DNA of 64,000 nt from Selaginella moellendorffii. Taxonomy: Eukaryota > Plantae > Lycopodiophyta. Positions 63,601-64,000 of the stretch are shown here, piece by piece. The translations under genes and the position numbers were made by a program. The notes under the pieces are model-generated. The model searched no databases. It was not told where the DNA came from and saw nothing but the letters and a program-made list of their open reading frames with translations. Positions within the stretch are counted from its first letter, which is position 1; the number at the start of each line of letters is the position of its first letter. The stretch spans positions 1,231,034 through 1,295,033 of the forward strand of contig NW_003314309.1 of the NCBI RefSeq assembly GCF_000143415.4, written 5' to 3'.

Positions 63601-64000
63601 CACCACTAAGTGGGAGGATGCCCCTAGAGACATGGTCAACAAGTCATAGGATTAAATAAAAATGTTTGATATGAGCATCAAACTTTTTCAATGGGTTGTG
63701 GAGTTATAAAGAATCAAATTTCCTGAGGTGTCGTAGGCTAAAGGATCACAAAATCACAACTCGAACGATAAAGAGTTCATCGAATGAGGCCAAGTCTAAA
63801 ATTCAAGATTAGATTTGAGACTAAGTCTAAATACTAATACAAGTCATGGGGTGAAAGCCCAAAGCTATTGTCTTCCAAGGGGGGAGGGGTTTCAAAAGTA
63901 TAGTAGGGATAGTGAGATTTAGAACATAGTCTTAAAAGAACACTCTTTTGGTGTTTCCAAACCGAGTTAAGGTTGAGAGTGAGGGTTAGTGGGAATGAGC
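60636..64000 (+). mobile_element. Decayed chromoviral Gypsy, 5'-truncated in RT; 3' LTR starts about 63705
   Basis: FVVIYINDILIYS, RH FEVETETSNFALGAIL, integrase MDFI..FDAIFIVVDRF, chromodomain EEYDVEAIL..YVKWKGF..VTWEPEENL (frameshifted); PPT-like ATGGGTTGTGGAGT. Confidence 0.85.
61925..62024. other. Assembly gap (100 N)
   Basis: Run of N. Confidence 1.

Overview
Eukaryotic plant nuclear DNA. Very short GT-AG introns, PLS-class PPR genes and plant LTR elements make a lycophyte such as Selaginella likely (inference). All family calls come from motif recognition by eye; no searches were run. 1-9.2 kb: an intact spliced receptor-like cytoplasmic kinase, an intact PPR gene, and decayed TMT, PPR, FKBP20-2 and F-box/kelch sequences. 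11-36 kb: a decaying local segmental duplication (orphan coiled-coil gene, RH18 helicase, kinase, TMT) carrying a truncated Copia, a full-length decayed Gypsy and a 6.65-kb inversion whose breakpoints can be read to the base. 36-47.8 kb: nested LTR elements, including a non-coding LARD-like element with satellite-filled LTRs and a run of five hairpins. 47.8-60.6 kb is the highlight: a 12.8-kb TIR-bounded element with a Sola-like DDD/E transposase. It carries a divergently transcribed multi-exon cargo gene (ParB/Srx-like domain, degenerate methyltransferase-like domain, FCP1-like HAD domain) and about 25 dispersed copies of a 22-bp palindrome (ATGGCRTGWGGCCWCAYGCCAT), many of them inside the cargo gene's tiny introns. 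60.6-64 kb: a decayed chromoviral Gypsy with an assembly gap and artefactual sequence.
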